A stretch of 45,462 nucleotides of DNA from assembly GCA_031388175.1 (NCBI GenBank), contig JANNEA010000033.1, forward strand, positions 1 through 45,462, given 5' to 3'. Made by a program: the position numbers and the translations under genes. Below the pieces are notes generated by a model, which had not been told where the DNA came from, ran no database searches, and saw nothing but the letters and a program-made list of their open reading frames with translations. Shown in pieces: positions 16,525 to 28,209 of the stretch; the stretch's first letter is position 1; every line of letters begins with the position of its first letter. Source of the DNA: Gammaproteobacteria bacterium. Lineage in GTDB: Bacteria > Pseudomonadota > Gammaproteobacteria > Natronospirales > JANNEA01.

Positions 16525-17678
16525 CAGCGAACGCTCCTCAAGCGCGGTGCGTGGCGGTCATCGTCGAAGTGACGACGGTACTCGGCGCGCAACGCATCGT
16601 GGAATCCCTTCAACGCAGGTTCGTGCTCCGGCGAGAGACGCCCAGGCCGGTAGGCGCCCGAGGCAAGGTTACGCTGGACCACGCTGCAGATGTCGGCGTC
16701 CTCCGCCTGGATCCGCGCGCTCACCGCGCGGTCCTCGGCCACCAGCTCCGGGGTCGCCATGCCGTCGTCGTAGTAATAGTCGAACAACACTGCACACCGC
16801 GTCGCGCTGAGTGGCCGGATGTGGTTCACCTGCACGCGCCCGGGCAGGACATTCAACGTCAGGTTGGGCCAGGCCCAGGCGTAGCAGGCGTCGGTGACCT
16901 TGGCGACGCCGGCCTCCCGCATCTCACCGTAGTACCCGGCCTCGGCGCCGAGCGGGGCGCGCTGCAGCGACCAGCGCCCGTGGACCTCGTAGCGGTAGGC
17001 CTGGAAATCGAGCGTCCGGAAGTAGATCGGGTGGATCGCGGGGAGGTGGTAGGCCTCCATGTAATTGTCGAGGTACGCCTTCCAGTTGCAATCGACTTCA
17101 AAGACCTCGCGCGCCGCGCGACGCTTGCCGTGCAAGCGGACTGGGAGCAGCGACTCCGCGATGCCGGCGAACGCCTCGTTGATCGGTTGGGGATCCGCCG
17201 CCTGGTTGACGAACAGCAGGCCCTGCCATTCAGCGACATGCATCGGCAACAACCCGTTGTCGGCCCGATCGAAGCCCTCGGCACCCTTGAACTGCGGTGT
17301 GCCGAGCAAGCGGCCATCGAGCCCGTAGGTCCAACCGTGGTACTTGCACTGCAAACGCGGCACGGTGCACGGCTCGCGCAGCAACGGTCCCGCCCGATGG
17401 CGGCAGACGTTGTGGAAGGCGCGCAGCACGCCATCGTCGCCGCGCGCGACCAGCACCGAGCGTTCCGCGACATCACCGACGGTGCACTGGCCGGGCGCCG
17501 CCACCTCGGCCGCGGGTCCGATGTACTGCCATGAGCCGGCGATCAACTGGCGATCGACCGCCTCGACCCGTGCGTCGGTATACCAGGACGCGGGTACGGC
17601 CCGAGCCTGTTCGAGCGGCAGCACCAGCGCCGTTGCATCGAAATCAGGGAAATCGACGACCTGCTTCATGACCACCAC
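16524..17678 (-). CDS. Rieske [2Fe-2S] non-haem-iron oxygenase, alpha-subunit type (choline-monooxygenase-like)
   Basis: Rieske motif 'CRHRAGPL..(17)..CKYHGWTY'. Mononuclear iron motif 'NYMEAYHLPAIHP'. 384 aa. Confidence 0.88.
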   Translation of the reverse strand: MVVMKQVVDFPDFDATALVLPLEQARAVPASWYTDARVEAVDRQLIAGSWQYIGPAAEVAAPGQCTVGDVAERSVLVARGDDGVLRAFHNVCRHRAGPLLREPCTVPRLQCKYHGWTYGLDGRLLGTPQFKGAEGFDRADNGLLPMHVAEWQGLLFVNQAADPQPINEAFAGIAESLLPVRLHGKRRAAREVFEVDCNWKAYLDNYMEAYHLPAIHPIYFRTLDFQAYRYEVHGRWSLQRAPLGAEAGYYGEMREAGVAKVTDACYAWAWPNLTLNVLPGRVQVNHIRPLSATRCAVLFDYYYDDGMATPELVAEDRAVSARIQAEDADICSVVQRNLASGAYRPGRLSPEHEPALKGFHDALRAEYRRHFDDDRHAPRLRSVR

Positions 17679-17730
17679 GCGACACCCAGGGCTCGCGCGA
17701 GTCTACCGCGCCGTCGGCGGCGGCCGGAAC

Positions 17731-18453
17731 CTAGTGGTGGGCGTGAGCCTCGGCGTAGCGGTCGGCCAGCGCCGAGGCTCTGGCGCGTGCGCTCGGGTCC
17801 AATTCCTTGGCGAGCACTGCGATCGCATCGCGGCTGTCGAGACCGTTGGCATCCGCGGTGGCGAACCAGGCATAGGCTTCGACCGGGTCGCGGTCGACGC
17901 CCTCACCCAGGTGCAGCAGCACCCCGAGCTCGTGCTGCGCCAGCGGGTAGCCGCCCTCTGCCGCCCGGCGATACCAAGTCGCCTCGGCCACCGCGTCGCG
18001 CGGAACGCCACGGCCATCGAAGTACAGACGCCCAAGCTGGTACTGCGCCTCCGGCATGCCGCGGTCAGCGCTGCGCTGCAGCCAGGTTGCTGCCTTGGAC
18101 TCGTCGCGGGGCTGGCCTTGGCCGTTGAGCAACAGCACGCCGAAGTTGTACTGGGCCTCACGATGACCCCGCAGCGCAGCCTTGCGGAACCAATGGGCCG
18201 CGGCCTCGTAACGCGCGTTGATCGTGTACATCACGCCCAGGTTGTATTGCGCATCGACCATGCCCAGTTCCGCGCGGCTCTTGGCATCGGTGATGTCACG
18301 GGCCGAGAACCGACGCTGCAGCTCCGGGTCCCGCATCCCCTGGTCGACCTTGCCGAGCGAGAACACGTGGCCACCCGGAACGCTGGTCGGCGCCGCGGCC
18401 ACCGCGAACTGCAACACGACGACCAACAAGGGAACTAGGCGATGGAGCAGCAT
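17731..18453 (-). CDS. Secreted Sel1-like (SLR/TPR) repeat protein
   Basis: Signal peptide 'MLLHRLVPLLVVVLQFAVAAA'. Repeated 'A..W..KAA..G...AQYNLG.....G.GV..D' units: 'AQYNLGVMY', 'AQYNFGVLLLNGQG', 'AQYQLGRLYFDGRG', 'AQHELGVLLHLGEG'. Confidence 0.85.
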   Translation of the reverse strand: MLLHRLVPLLVVVLQFAVAAAPTSVPGGHVFSLGKVDQGMRDPELQRRFSARDITDAKSRAELGMVDAQYNLGVMYTINARYEAAAHWFRKAALRGHREAQYNFGVLLLNGQGQPRDESKAATWLQRSADRGMPEAQYQLGRLYFDGRGVPRDAVAEATWYRRAAEGGYPLAQHELGVLLHLGEGVDRDPVEAYAWFATADANGLDSRDAIAVLAKELDPSARARASALADRYAEAHAHH

Positions 18454-18938
18454 GACGCTTTTGCCCCCGAATCAGCCCCAAGCACCGGCTGCGGCTGCCG
18501 GTGGCCGACTTCGAGGCAGTACTCCAGCCATTTGTTCAGCATGATGTTCATCAACCAGCGACGCTCGAGCTCGGTCGGCGCCTGGCGCGCATACGCCGAC
18601 AGCGCTCGGTGGTGCGGGCGCGCGGAACAGGAGCAGGCCTCGGCGAGCCGCGCATCGCGATAGACCCGCACCACGAGGTCGGGATCCGCGCTCGGCGCCA
18701 CGCCGGTCGCGAACCAATAGGTCATGCGCAGGGTGGTCGTGTACGGCGCGCGCTCCAGCACCTCGATGTGCAACGGCAGGTCGGCGCTGGCGCTCGAGAC
18801 TGAGCGATCTGCGAGCAGGGCCGGATCGCCGAGCAGGCGCCGCAGCCTGAGGTAGCTCGTTTCGTACAGCGTCATCAGTCCGGCGAAGCTGCGCGCTGGC
18901 GCGAGCCCGATGCGGTCACCGACGATGGTCACGAACAT
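18435..18938 (-). CDS. DUF1249 (YqiB-like) protein
   Basis: 'LMTLYETSYLRLRRLL', 'LRMTYWF' and 'VVRVYRDARLAEA' follow the DUF1249 pattern. Its 3' end overlaps the Sel1 gene start by 19 nt. Confidence 0.7.
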   Translation of the reverse strand: MFVTIVGDRIGLAPARSFAGLMTLYETSYLRLRRLLGDPALLADRSVSSASADLPLHIEVLERAPYTTTLRMTYWFATGVAPSADPDLVVRVYRDARLAEACSCSARPHHRALSAYARQAPTELERRWLMNIMLNKWLEYCLEVGHRQPQPVLGADSGAKASCCSIA

Positions 18939-19031
18939 GGTTTGAATATATCATCGGCTTCGAAAGTCGCCCGCGCGCCGCGCGGGTGGACGCAACCGCC
19001 GTCCCCCCAGCACGATCCGACGCACGCCTCG

Positions 19032-20666
19032 ATGTCCATCGCCATCGTCCCGACCCGCGCGTTCGCTGACCAGCGTCCGGGCACCGCCGGCCTGCGCAAG
19101 CGTGTGGCCGTATTCCGCCAACCGAACTACCTGGAGAACTTCGTCCAGTCGGTGTTCGATGCCGTGCCCGAACTGCGCGGCGGCAGCATCGTGGTTGGCG
19201 GTGATGGTCGCTTCTGGAATCGCGAGGCGATCCGCACGCTGCTCTGCATCGCCGCTGCCAACGGCGTCGTGCGGGCCAGCGTCGCGTGCGGCGGCTTGTT
19301 GTCCACACCGGCCGCGGCGATGGAGATCCGCGCCCGCGGTGCGACCGGCGGCTTCCTGCTCACCGCCAGCCACAACCCCGGCGGTCCCGAGGGCGACTTC
19401 GGCATCAAGTTCAACATCGCCACCGGCGGCCAGGCCTCCGAGTCGCTATGCGAGCGCATCCATGCGCGCTCGCGCGAGATCCATCGCTACAAGCTGCTCG
19501 AGAACGCGTCAGAGATCGAGCTCGACGAGCTCGGCCAACATCAGCTCGGCGCGATGTCGGTCGAGATCTTCGACCCGGTCCCGGCCTACGCCGATGTGCT
19601 TGAGCGGTTGTTCGACTTCGAACGCATTCGCGGCGCGCTGCGCGCCGGCCTCCGGGTCCACTTCGATGCGCTGAACGCCGTCGCGGGTCCGTACGCCGAG
19701 GAGATCCTGGTGCGCCGGCTCGGCGTCCCGGCCACGAGCGTGGTGCACTCGAAGCCGCTCCCCGACTTCGGCGGCAGGCATCCCGATCCGAACCCCCACA
19801 GCTGCGCCGCGCTGGTCGCGCTTGCCGGGCGCGCCGATGCGCCGGACCTGCTCGCCGCCACCGACGGCGACGGCGATCGCAACATGATCATCGGCAAGGG
19901 TGTGCTGGTCTCGCCCGGTGACAGCCTCGCGATCCTGGTGGCCAACGCGCACCGCATCCCGGGCTATGCCGACGGCCTCAAGGGTGTCGCGCGCTCGATG
20001 CCGACCAGCCGCGCGTTGGACCGCGTGGCGGCCAAGCGGGGCATCCCCTGCTACGAGACGCCCACCGGTTGGCGCTTCTTCTGCAACCTGCTCGAGGCCG
20101 GGCGCATCTCGCTCTGCGGCGAGGAGAGCTTCGGCACTTCGTCGGACCATGCGCGCGAAAAAGATGGGCTGTGGGCCGTGTTGTTCTGGCTCGACCTTCT
20201 CGCCGTGACCGGTCTGTCGGTGCGCGAACTGCTCGAGCGGCACTGGGCCGAGTTCGGCCGCGACTACTTCATGCGCGAAGACTGGCAGGTCCCGGATGCC
20301 AACCTCGGCAAGAGCGTGCTCGACGGCGCAGTCGCGGCGCTGCCGGGCTTCGCCGGACGCCAGTGCGGCGCGTTGGTGATCGAGTCCGCGGACAACTTCG
20401 CCTACACCGATCCGGTCGATGGCAGCCTGAGCCGCAACCAGGGCCTGCGCGTGCTGTTCGTGGGCGGGGCGCGCGGCGTGCTCCGCGCTTCGGGCACCGA
20501 CACTAGCGGCGTCACCTTGCGCTTCTACCTCGAGCGGCACGCGGCGCCGGATTCGGACCATGGCCAACTGCCGGCGCAGGCCTTGGCCGAGGTCGCCGCG
20601 GCGATGCATGAACTCACGCGGGTGCGCGAGCTCACCGGCCTGGTGGGCCCGCGGTCGGTCGTCTAG
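19032..20666 (+). CDS. pgm: Phosphoglucomutase, alpha-D-glucose-phosphate-specific (PGM1/ExoC type)
   Basis: In-frame ATG 'MSIAIVPTRAFADQRPGTAGLRKRV'. Active-site loop 'LTASHNPGGPEGDFGIKFN', Mg site 'ATDGDGDRNMI', 'CGEESFGTSSDHAREKDGLWA'. 544 aa. Confidence 0.95.
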   Translation: MSIAIVPTRAFADQRPGTAGLRKRVAVFRQPNYLENFVQSVFDAVPELRGGSIVVGGDGRFWNREAIRTLLCIAAANGVVRASVACGGLLSTPAAAMEIRARGATGGFLLTASHNPGGPEGDFGIKFNIATGGQASESLCERIHARSREIHRYKLLENASEIELDELGQHQLGAMSVEIFDPVPAYADVLERLFDFERIRGALRAGLRVHFDALNAVAGPYAEEILVRRLGVPATSVVHSKPLPDFGGRHPDPNPHSCAALVALAGRADAPDLLAATDGDGDRNMIIGKGVLVSPGDSLAILVANAHRIPGYADGLKGVARSMPTSRALDRVAAKRGIPCYETPTGWRFFCNLLEAGRISLCGEESFGTSSDHAREKDGLWAVLFWLDLLAVTGLSVRELLERHWAEFGRDYFMREDWQVPDANLGKSVLDGAVAALPGFAGRQCGALVIESADNFAYTDPVDGSLSRNQGLRVLFVGGARGVLRASGTDTSGVTLRFYLERHAAPDSDHGQLPAQALAEVAAAMHELTRVRELTGLVGPRSVV

Positions 20667-20801
20667 CGGGTTCGGCTAGGAAATTGGCCCGATTGATGCG
20701 GTGTGTCGTTTCCAATCAACGTGATACGCGGGTGTTTTGGCAACGATGCCCGCGCCTACCGCAGTCCCGCCGTTCACTTTGCGAGTCATGTTGCGAAGGT
20801 C

Positions 20802-21473
20802 CTATCGATTTTGAATCTTGCCGCACTTTCCGCGGACTTCTAGTTGCGAAGCGCTGGGCAGACCCGGCGGTTCATGTGCGTTCTGCAAGATCTGTGCAGA
20901 CTGTGCCAATAGCGCTGCGAGCTTGGGTGTCCGTTGCCACACGCAGGCGTCCTCGCCATATCGCGGCTCAACCAGGAAGCCGAAATCCCTCGCTTTGAGT
21001 TCTCTTGCAAACTCAAGCTGGTTGCTGTTCGTCGGCGAAAGCTTGAAGGGCTTCCTTGATTGCGGCACTTCGACTCGAGTGCCCGCATAGTCGCCAAAAG
21101 CATCTTGATCTGCGGAGATGACCAGCAGTTTGTAGCCTTGCTTGACGACTCGGATGGTGGGATCGGTTGCATTCGCGGCACCCCGAAACACTGGTCGATT
21201 CCATGCCGGGAACTTGTACGTCCCGGTCGCGTCCGTCACCGACTCCATCGCCACCACGTAGCCGATGACATCGCGGTGCAGACCGCCCATCTGCTCGACA
21301 TGCAGGAGCACCAGGGCTCCTTCCACGGGCCGCCCTGTCGTCGCATCCAGCACGACGCCTTGCACGGCATCCGACCGGTACGTTTTCGGAAGGCCGACAC
21401 ATCCGCCCGCGAGCGCTATCACTGACACGAGCAGCGCGAATCTACTGAGCGCGTTGAGCTGAAAACTCAACAT
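20802..21473 (-). CDS. Lipoprotein with a carboxypeptidase-regulatory-like (Ig-like) domain
   Basis: Start taken at 'MLSFQLNALSRFALLVSVIALAGGC' (lipobox). 'VQGVVLDATTGRPVEGALVLL...TDATGTYKF' is a CarboxypepD_reg-type pattern. The gene lies in a visibly less GC-rich stretch. Confidence 0.6.
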   Translation of the reverse strand: MLSFQLNALSRFALLVSVIALAGGCVGLPKTYRSDAVQGVVLDATTGRPVEGALVLLHVEQMGGLHRDVIGYVVAMESVTDATGTYKFPAWNRPVFRGAANATDPTIRVVKQGYKLLVISADQDAFGDYAGTRVEVPQSRKPFKLSPTNSNQLEFARELKARDFGFLVEPRYGEDACVWQRTPKLAALLAQSAQILQNAHEPPGLPSASQLEVRGKCGKIQNR

Positions 21474-21626
21474 CTCACATCCCCTCGATCCGCCACACGC
21501 CATCCTCGAGGCGCGAGAAGGTCACAGCATGCGCGCTACCCTTGCCCCGAATGACGTTGAGGACCAGGTAGTCCACGTAGTTCCGTGACACTTCGTGTGC
21601 TCAAGGGTCGATTCCTCAGAGGTTCC

Positions 21627-22448
21627 CTAGAAAAAGCGCCGGGTCAAGCCGCGCTGGTGCAGGATCGTGGTCGCCAACTCCTCGATCGACAGCTTCGACG
21701 AATCGAGGATCGGGATGCCGTGCTTCTGCATCATCGCCTGAGCCTCGTTCAGCTCGTAGCGCACCTGTGGGGCCGAGGCATATTTGCTGTCGGGACGGCG
21801 CTCGGCGCGGATGCGCATGAGGCGGTCGGGCTCGATGCTGAGCCCGAACAGCTTCTGCTTGTAACGCAGCAAGTCGGCCGGCAAGCCCTTGCCGCCGAGC
21901 TGTTCGTCGGTGATCGGGAAGTTCGCCGCGTAGATGCCGTACTGCAGGGCCAGATAGAGGCAGGTCGGCGTCTTGCCGGCGCGTGACACGCCGACCAGGA
22001 TCACGTCGGCGCGGTCATAGTTCTTGAGCGTCATGCCATCGTCGTTGGCCAGCGCGAAGTTCATGGCCTCGATCCGCAGCATGTACTTCGCGTAGTCGGC
22101 CACTCCGTGGGCGCGGCCCTTGGCGTGCGCCGAATCGATGCCGAGCTCGCGTTCGAGCGGCCCGAGGAAGGCGTCGAAGAAGTCGAGGAACAGACAGCGG
22201 GCGCCCATCACGATCTTGCGGGTCTCCACGCTGACCAGCGTCGAGAACACGATCGGCATCAGGCCGGTGGCCGCCGCCGCGTCGATCTTGGCCGCGGCCT
22301 CGCGCGCGCGCTCGACCGTGCCGATGAACGGGATGGTCTCCTGGCGGAAGCGCAGCCCATCGAACTGGGTCAGCAGGCTGTGCCCCAGCGTCTCGGCGGT
22401 GATGCCGGTGTGGTCGGAGACGAAGTAGACCTGGCGCTCTGCATCCAC
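21627..22448 (-). CDS. ppsR: PEP synthase regulatory protein (pyruvate, water dikinase kinase/phosphorylase, DUF299)
   Basis: '[23 protein letters not shown]' and the P-loop '[18 protein letters not shown]' align with PpsR. I prefer the GTG at 22448, which gives 273 aa and an 85-nt divergent promoter region. The ATG at 22517 would leave only 16 nt before ppsA. Confidence 0.88.
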   Translation of the reverse strand: MDAERQVYFVSDHTGITAETLGHSLLTQFDGLRFRQETIPFIGTVERAREAAAKIDAAAATGLMPIVFSTLVSVETRKIVMGARCLFLDFFDAFLGPLERELGIDSAHAKGRAHGVADYAKYMLRIEAMNFALANDDGMTLKNYDRADVILVGVSRAGKTPTCLYLALQYGIYAANFPITDEQLGGKGLPADLLRYKQKLFGLSIEPDRLMRIRAERRPDSKYASAPQVRYELNEAQAMMQKHGIPILDSSKLSIEELATTILHQRGLTRRFF

Positions 22449-22533
22449 GCGGCGGACCTCGCGGCCTTCCCGAGGCCGGCTTGCTGCCCCACAATACGCG
22501 CCCCCATCCCGTCCCATCCAGCACGAGGCTCGC

Positions 22534-24995
<2,462 letters not shown>

Positions 24996-24999
<4 letters not shown>

Positions 25000-25811
25000 C
25001 TGCGCTCGCCGATCGCGTCGTGCTCATCACCGGGGCCGCGAGCGGCATCGGCCACCTGCTCGCGCTCGGCGCCGCCGCACGCGGCGCGCGCGTGGTGCTC
25101 TGGGACCGCGACCATCACGGACTCGAGCGGGTCCGCGCCGAGGTCGCCGCGCGCAGCCGACACGCCCATTGCTACACGCTCGATCTCTCGGACCGCGAGG
25201 CGATCCGCACGACCGCGCAGCGCGTGTTCGACGAGGTCGGTGGCGTCGATGTGCTGATCAACAACGCCGGCGTCGTCACGGGCAAGAGCTTCACCGAAGC
25301 CAGCGACGACGAGATCCTGCGGACCTTCGCCGTCAACGCGCTCGCGCCGATCTGGGCCACCCGGGCGTTCCTGCCGCGGATGATCGCCGCCGGGCGCGGC
25401 CACGTCGTCACGATCTCCTCGCTCGCCGGCTTCGCCGGCACCGCCAAGCTCGTGGACTATTGCGCCAGCAAGCACGCCGCCGTGGGCTTCGATGAATCGC
25501 TGCGCATCGAGCTCCGGCGCCAGCGGCTGCCGATCCGCACCACGATCGTCGGCACCTTCTACATCGACACCGGCATGTTCGCTGGCGTGCGGACCCGTTT
25601 CAGCTGGCTACTGCCGATCCTCGACCCGCAGCGCGTGGCCGATCGCATCCTGCGCGCGATCGAACGCGACGAGCAGCGGCTGATCATGCCGTGGTTCGCC
25701 TACACCCTGTTCCCGGTGAAGCTGCTGCCGATCCCGCTGGTGGACTGGCTGCTCGACTTCTTCGGCATCAGCCGCAGCATGGACGAGTTCACCGGCCGGC
25801 GCGGCGGATAG
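24996..25811 (+). CDS. Short-chain dehydrogenase/reductase (SDR16C/retinol-dehydrogenase-like)
   Basis: GTG start overlapping the ppsA stop (GTGA). '[15 protein letters not shown]', 'NNAGV' and catalytic '[11 protein letters not shown]' are present. Hydrophobic C-terminal tail. Confidence 0.85.
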
Positions 25812-25902
25812 GCCCTGGCTAGCGACGGCCGAATCCGGCGAGCCATCCGCCGGGACCCGCCTTAGCAGGCGTATCACTCAACCTGACTCGTTGGATCACG
25901 GC

Positions 25903-28179
25903 ATGCGCTCCTGCACGTTCGCCAAGTTCGCCGCACTCAGCATCGCGCTCGCGCTCGGCGCCCTGCCCGTCGCCGCGCAGCCGACCGATGACCTCCGCCC
26001 GATCCGCACCAAGGTCACGCTGCAGCGCAGCGCGGCGCCGCCGGCCATCGCCGAGGTCGCCAAGGCGATGGAAGAAGGCCGCGACCCGATGCCTGGCATG
26101 GCGCGGGTCGAGGGCTTCATCACCCGCTACCCCTTCGACGGCGTGCCGGGCAGCGAGCGCACCGTCGTCTACCTCGGCTACGACGACAAGAACCTCTACG
26201 CGATCTGGTATGCCTACGACAGCGACCCCACGCTGATCCGCGCGCCGGTCAGGCGCCGCGACAACATCCCCGACGAGGACGACTCGGTCGCGCTGCAGCT
26301 CGACACCTTCCACGACCAGCAGCACCTGCAGGGTTTCCAGACCAGCGTCAATGGTGCGATCAACGACGGCACCTACACCGAAGGCCAGGGCTGGGACATG
26401 TCGAACGACTATGACTGGCACCGCGAGGGGCGCATCACCACGAACGGCTACACGATCGTGATGACGATTCCGTTCAACGCGCTGCGCTTCCCGCCGGGCG
26501 AGCGGCAAGAGTTCGGCTTCCTGATGTTCCGCGGCATGGGCCGGCGCAACGAGGCGGACTTCTTTCCCTGGTACTCGACCACCATCGGCAGCCGCATGCT
26601 GCAGACTGGCACGCTCGAGAACATCGTGATCCCGCCGCACAAGGTGCGCTGGCAGTTCACGCCGTTCGCGACCGCGCAGCAGACCAGCACGCGCGATGTC
26701 AGCGCCGGCGGCCCGTGGATCGACGATGACGGCGTCGAGGTCGGCATGGACGGCAAGCTGGTGTGGGACGACCGGTTGGTCTGGGACTTCACCCTCAACC
26801 CCGACTTCAGCCAGGTCGAATCCGACGAGCCGCAGGTACTCACCAACCAGCGCTTCGAGGTGTTCTTCCCGGAGAAGCGGCCGTTCTTCATCGAGAGCGC
26901 GGGCTACTTCAGCACCCCGCTCGACCTGCTGTTCACGCGCCGCATCGTCGACCCGAGCGCCGGCGTGCGGCTCACCGGCCAGAGCGGCCGCTGGGCGGTG
27001 TCGGGCCTGGCGATCACCGACGACACACCGCCGGAGAACTTCAGCACGCCCGGCGTCGGCGGCGCGATGCTCTGGTACTACGGCATGCGCCGACGCGGCG
27101 AGCAGGACTCCAACATCGGCGGCTCGGTGATGCACCGCGTGGGGCCGACCGAGACTTCCGAACTTGCCTCGCTCGATGGCCGCCAACGCCTCAACGACCA
27201 TTGGATAACGACGTTCCAGATCGCGGGCTCCTGGAACACGCCCGATGCCGTCGCCGCGCCGCGCAGCGATGGCCACGCGTTGTATGCGGCGCTGAGCGGC
27301 AGCGGTCGACTGTGGGCCTTCGACCTCGATGCGCAGGAGATCAGCGACGATTTCCACGCGCCGGTCGGCTTCGTGCCGCGGCTGGGCGTGCGCAAGGTCA
27401 ACCAGTACGCCAACTACCGCTTCGAGCCGAAGCTTACCTGGCTGCTCGCCGCGAGCCCCTACGCGGAGACCCATTGGACCTGGGACGAGGCTGGCCTGCG
27501 CCTCGACCAATGGCTTGAGCCCGGGGTGGTCTTCAAGTTCCCGCACGCGACCACGCTGACGCTTCACTCCATCGGCCTCGATGAGCGGGTCACACCGGCG
27601 GACTTCCCGGTGCTGGCGCAACCCGTTGACTTCGCCCAACAGCGACTCGGCGTCCACTGGCGCAGCGCATTCAGTGCGCTGGTCCTGCTCACCGGTAATG
27701 TCCACTGGGGCGATGCGGTGAACTTCGTGCCGGCGGCTGGCGATCCGCCGGTGGCAGGCCAGGGGCTCGATCTCAACATCGGCGCGACCTTCTTCCCGAC
27801 CAACATGCTCGAGCTCGACGCCTCCTACCTCATGTCGGCGCTCGATCTCGACGATGGCACGCCGGTGTTCGAAACGCGCATCGCGCGGCTCAAGACCAAC
27901 TACCACTTCGACCAGGATTGGCAACTGCGCTTGATCCTCGACTACGGCCAGACGCGCAGCAACGCGCAGGAGTCCTCGCTCACCACCGGCAGTGCGCTCG
28001 GTGGCGACCTGCTGCTGCAATGGCTGCCGACGCCGGGCAACGCGTTCTACTTCGGCTACTCCCAGCGCCAGGACGCGGTGCCGATCGTGCCTGCGCCCGG
28101 CGGGCTGGACGAACCCGGCGAGTTGGTGGCGTCCGGCCGCAGCTTGTTCATCAAGTACTCGCGGCGCTGGGACCGCTAG
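25903..28179 (+). CDS. Secreted/outer-membrane-type protein, CBM9-like N-terminus plus DUF5916-like beta-rich body
   Basis: Signal peptide 'MRSCTFAKFAALSIALALGALPVAAQ'. 'TVVYLGYDDKNLYAIWYAYDSDP..RRDN...DDSVALQLDTFHD' resembles the family-9 CBM/DUF5916 N-terminus. The remainder is long with alternating beta-strand-like sequence. Confidence 0.55.
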   Translation: MRSCTFAKFAALSIALALGALPVAAQPTDDLRPIRTKVTLQRSAAPPAIAEVAKAMEEGRDPMPGMARVEGFITRYPFDGVPGSERTVVYLGYDDKNLYAIWYAYDSDPTLIRAPVRRRDNIPDEDDSVALQLDTFHDQQHLQGFQTSVNGAINDGTYTEGQGWDMSNDYDWHREGRITTNGYTIVMTIPFNALRFPPGERQEFGFLMFRGMGRRNEADFFPWYSTTIGSRMLQTGTLENIVIPPHKVRWQFTPFATAQQTSTRDVSAGGPWIDDDGVEVGMDGKLVWDDRLVWDFTLNPDFSQVESDEPQVLTNQRFEVFFPEKRPFFIESAGYFSTPLDLLFTRRIVDPSAGVRLTGQSGRWAVSGLAITDDTPPENFSTPGVGGAMLWYYGMRRRGEQDSNIGGSVMHRVGPTETSELASLDGRQRLNDHWITTFQIAGSWNTPDAVAAPRSDGHALYAALSGSGRLWAFDLDAQEISDDFHAPVGFVPRLGVRKVNQYANYRFEPKLTWLLAASPYAETHWTWDEAGLRLDQWLEPGVVFKFPHATTLTLHSIGLDERVTPADFPVLAQPVDFAQQRLGVHWRSAFSALVLLTGNVHWGDAVNFVPAAGDPPVAGQGLDLNIGATFFPTNMLELDASYLMSALDLDDGTPVFETRIARLKTNYHFDQDWQLRLILDYGQTRSNAQESSLTTGSALGGDLLLQWLPTPGNAFYFGYSQRQDAVPIVPAPGGLDEPGELVASGRSLFIKYSRRWDR

Positions 28180-28209
28180 CGGCGAGCACAGCTCGTCTAC
28201 ACTGCCACC

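Noticed and set aside
18970-18986. The perfect 7-bp GC hairpin CCCGCGC-GCC-GCGCGGG in the pgm 5' region.
   Set aside because: Short GC palindromes are expected by chance at this GC content. There is no U-tract and no supporting context.
21475-21591. A 38-codon ORF upstream of the islet lipoprotein, considered as a stand-alone gene.
   Set aside because: It is too short, it needs a GTG start, and it has no recognisable family. It is more likely a remnant. It is mentioned under the islet finding rather than annotated.
22449-22517. The ATG at 22517 as the ppsR start.
   Set aside because: It would leave 16 nt between divergent ppsR and ppsA, and the extra 23 residues have no counterpart in PpsR. 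The GTG at 22448 aligns with the family N-terminus. This call remains uncertain.
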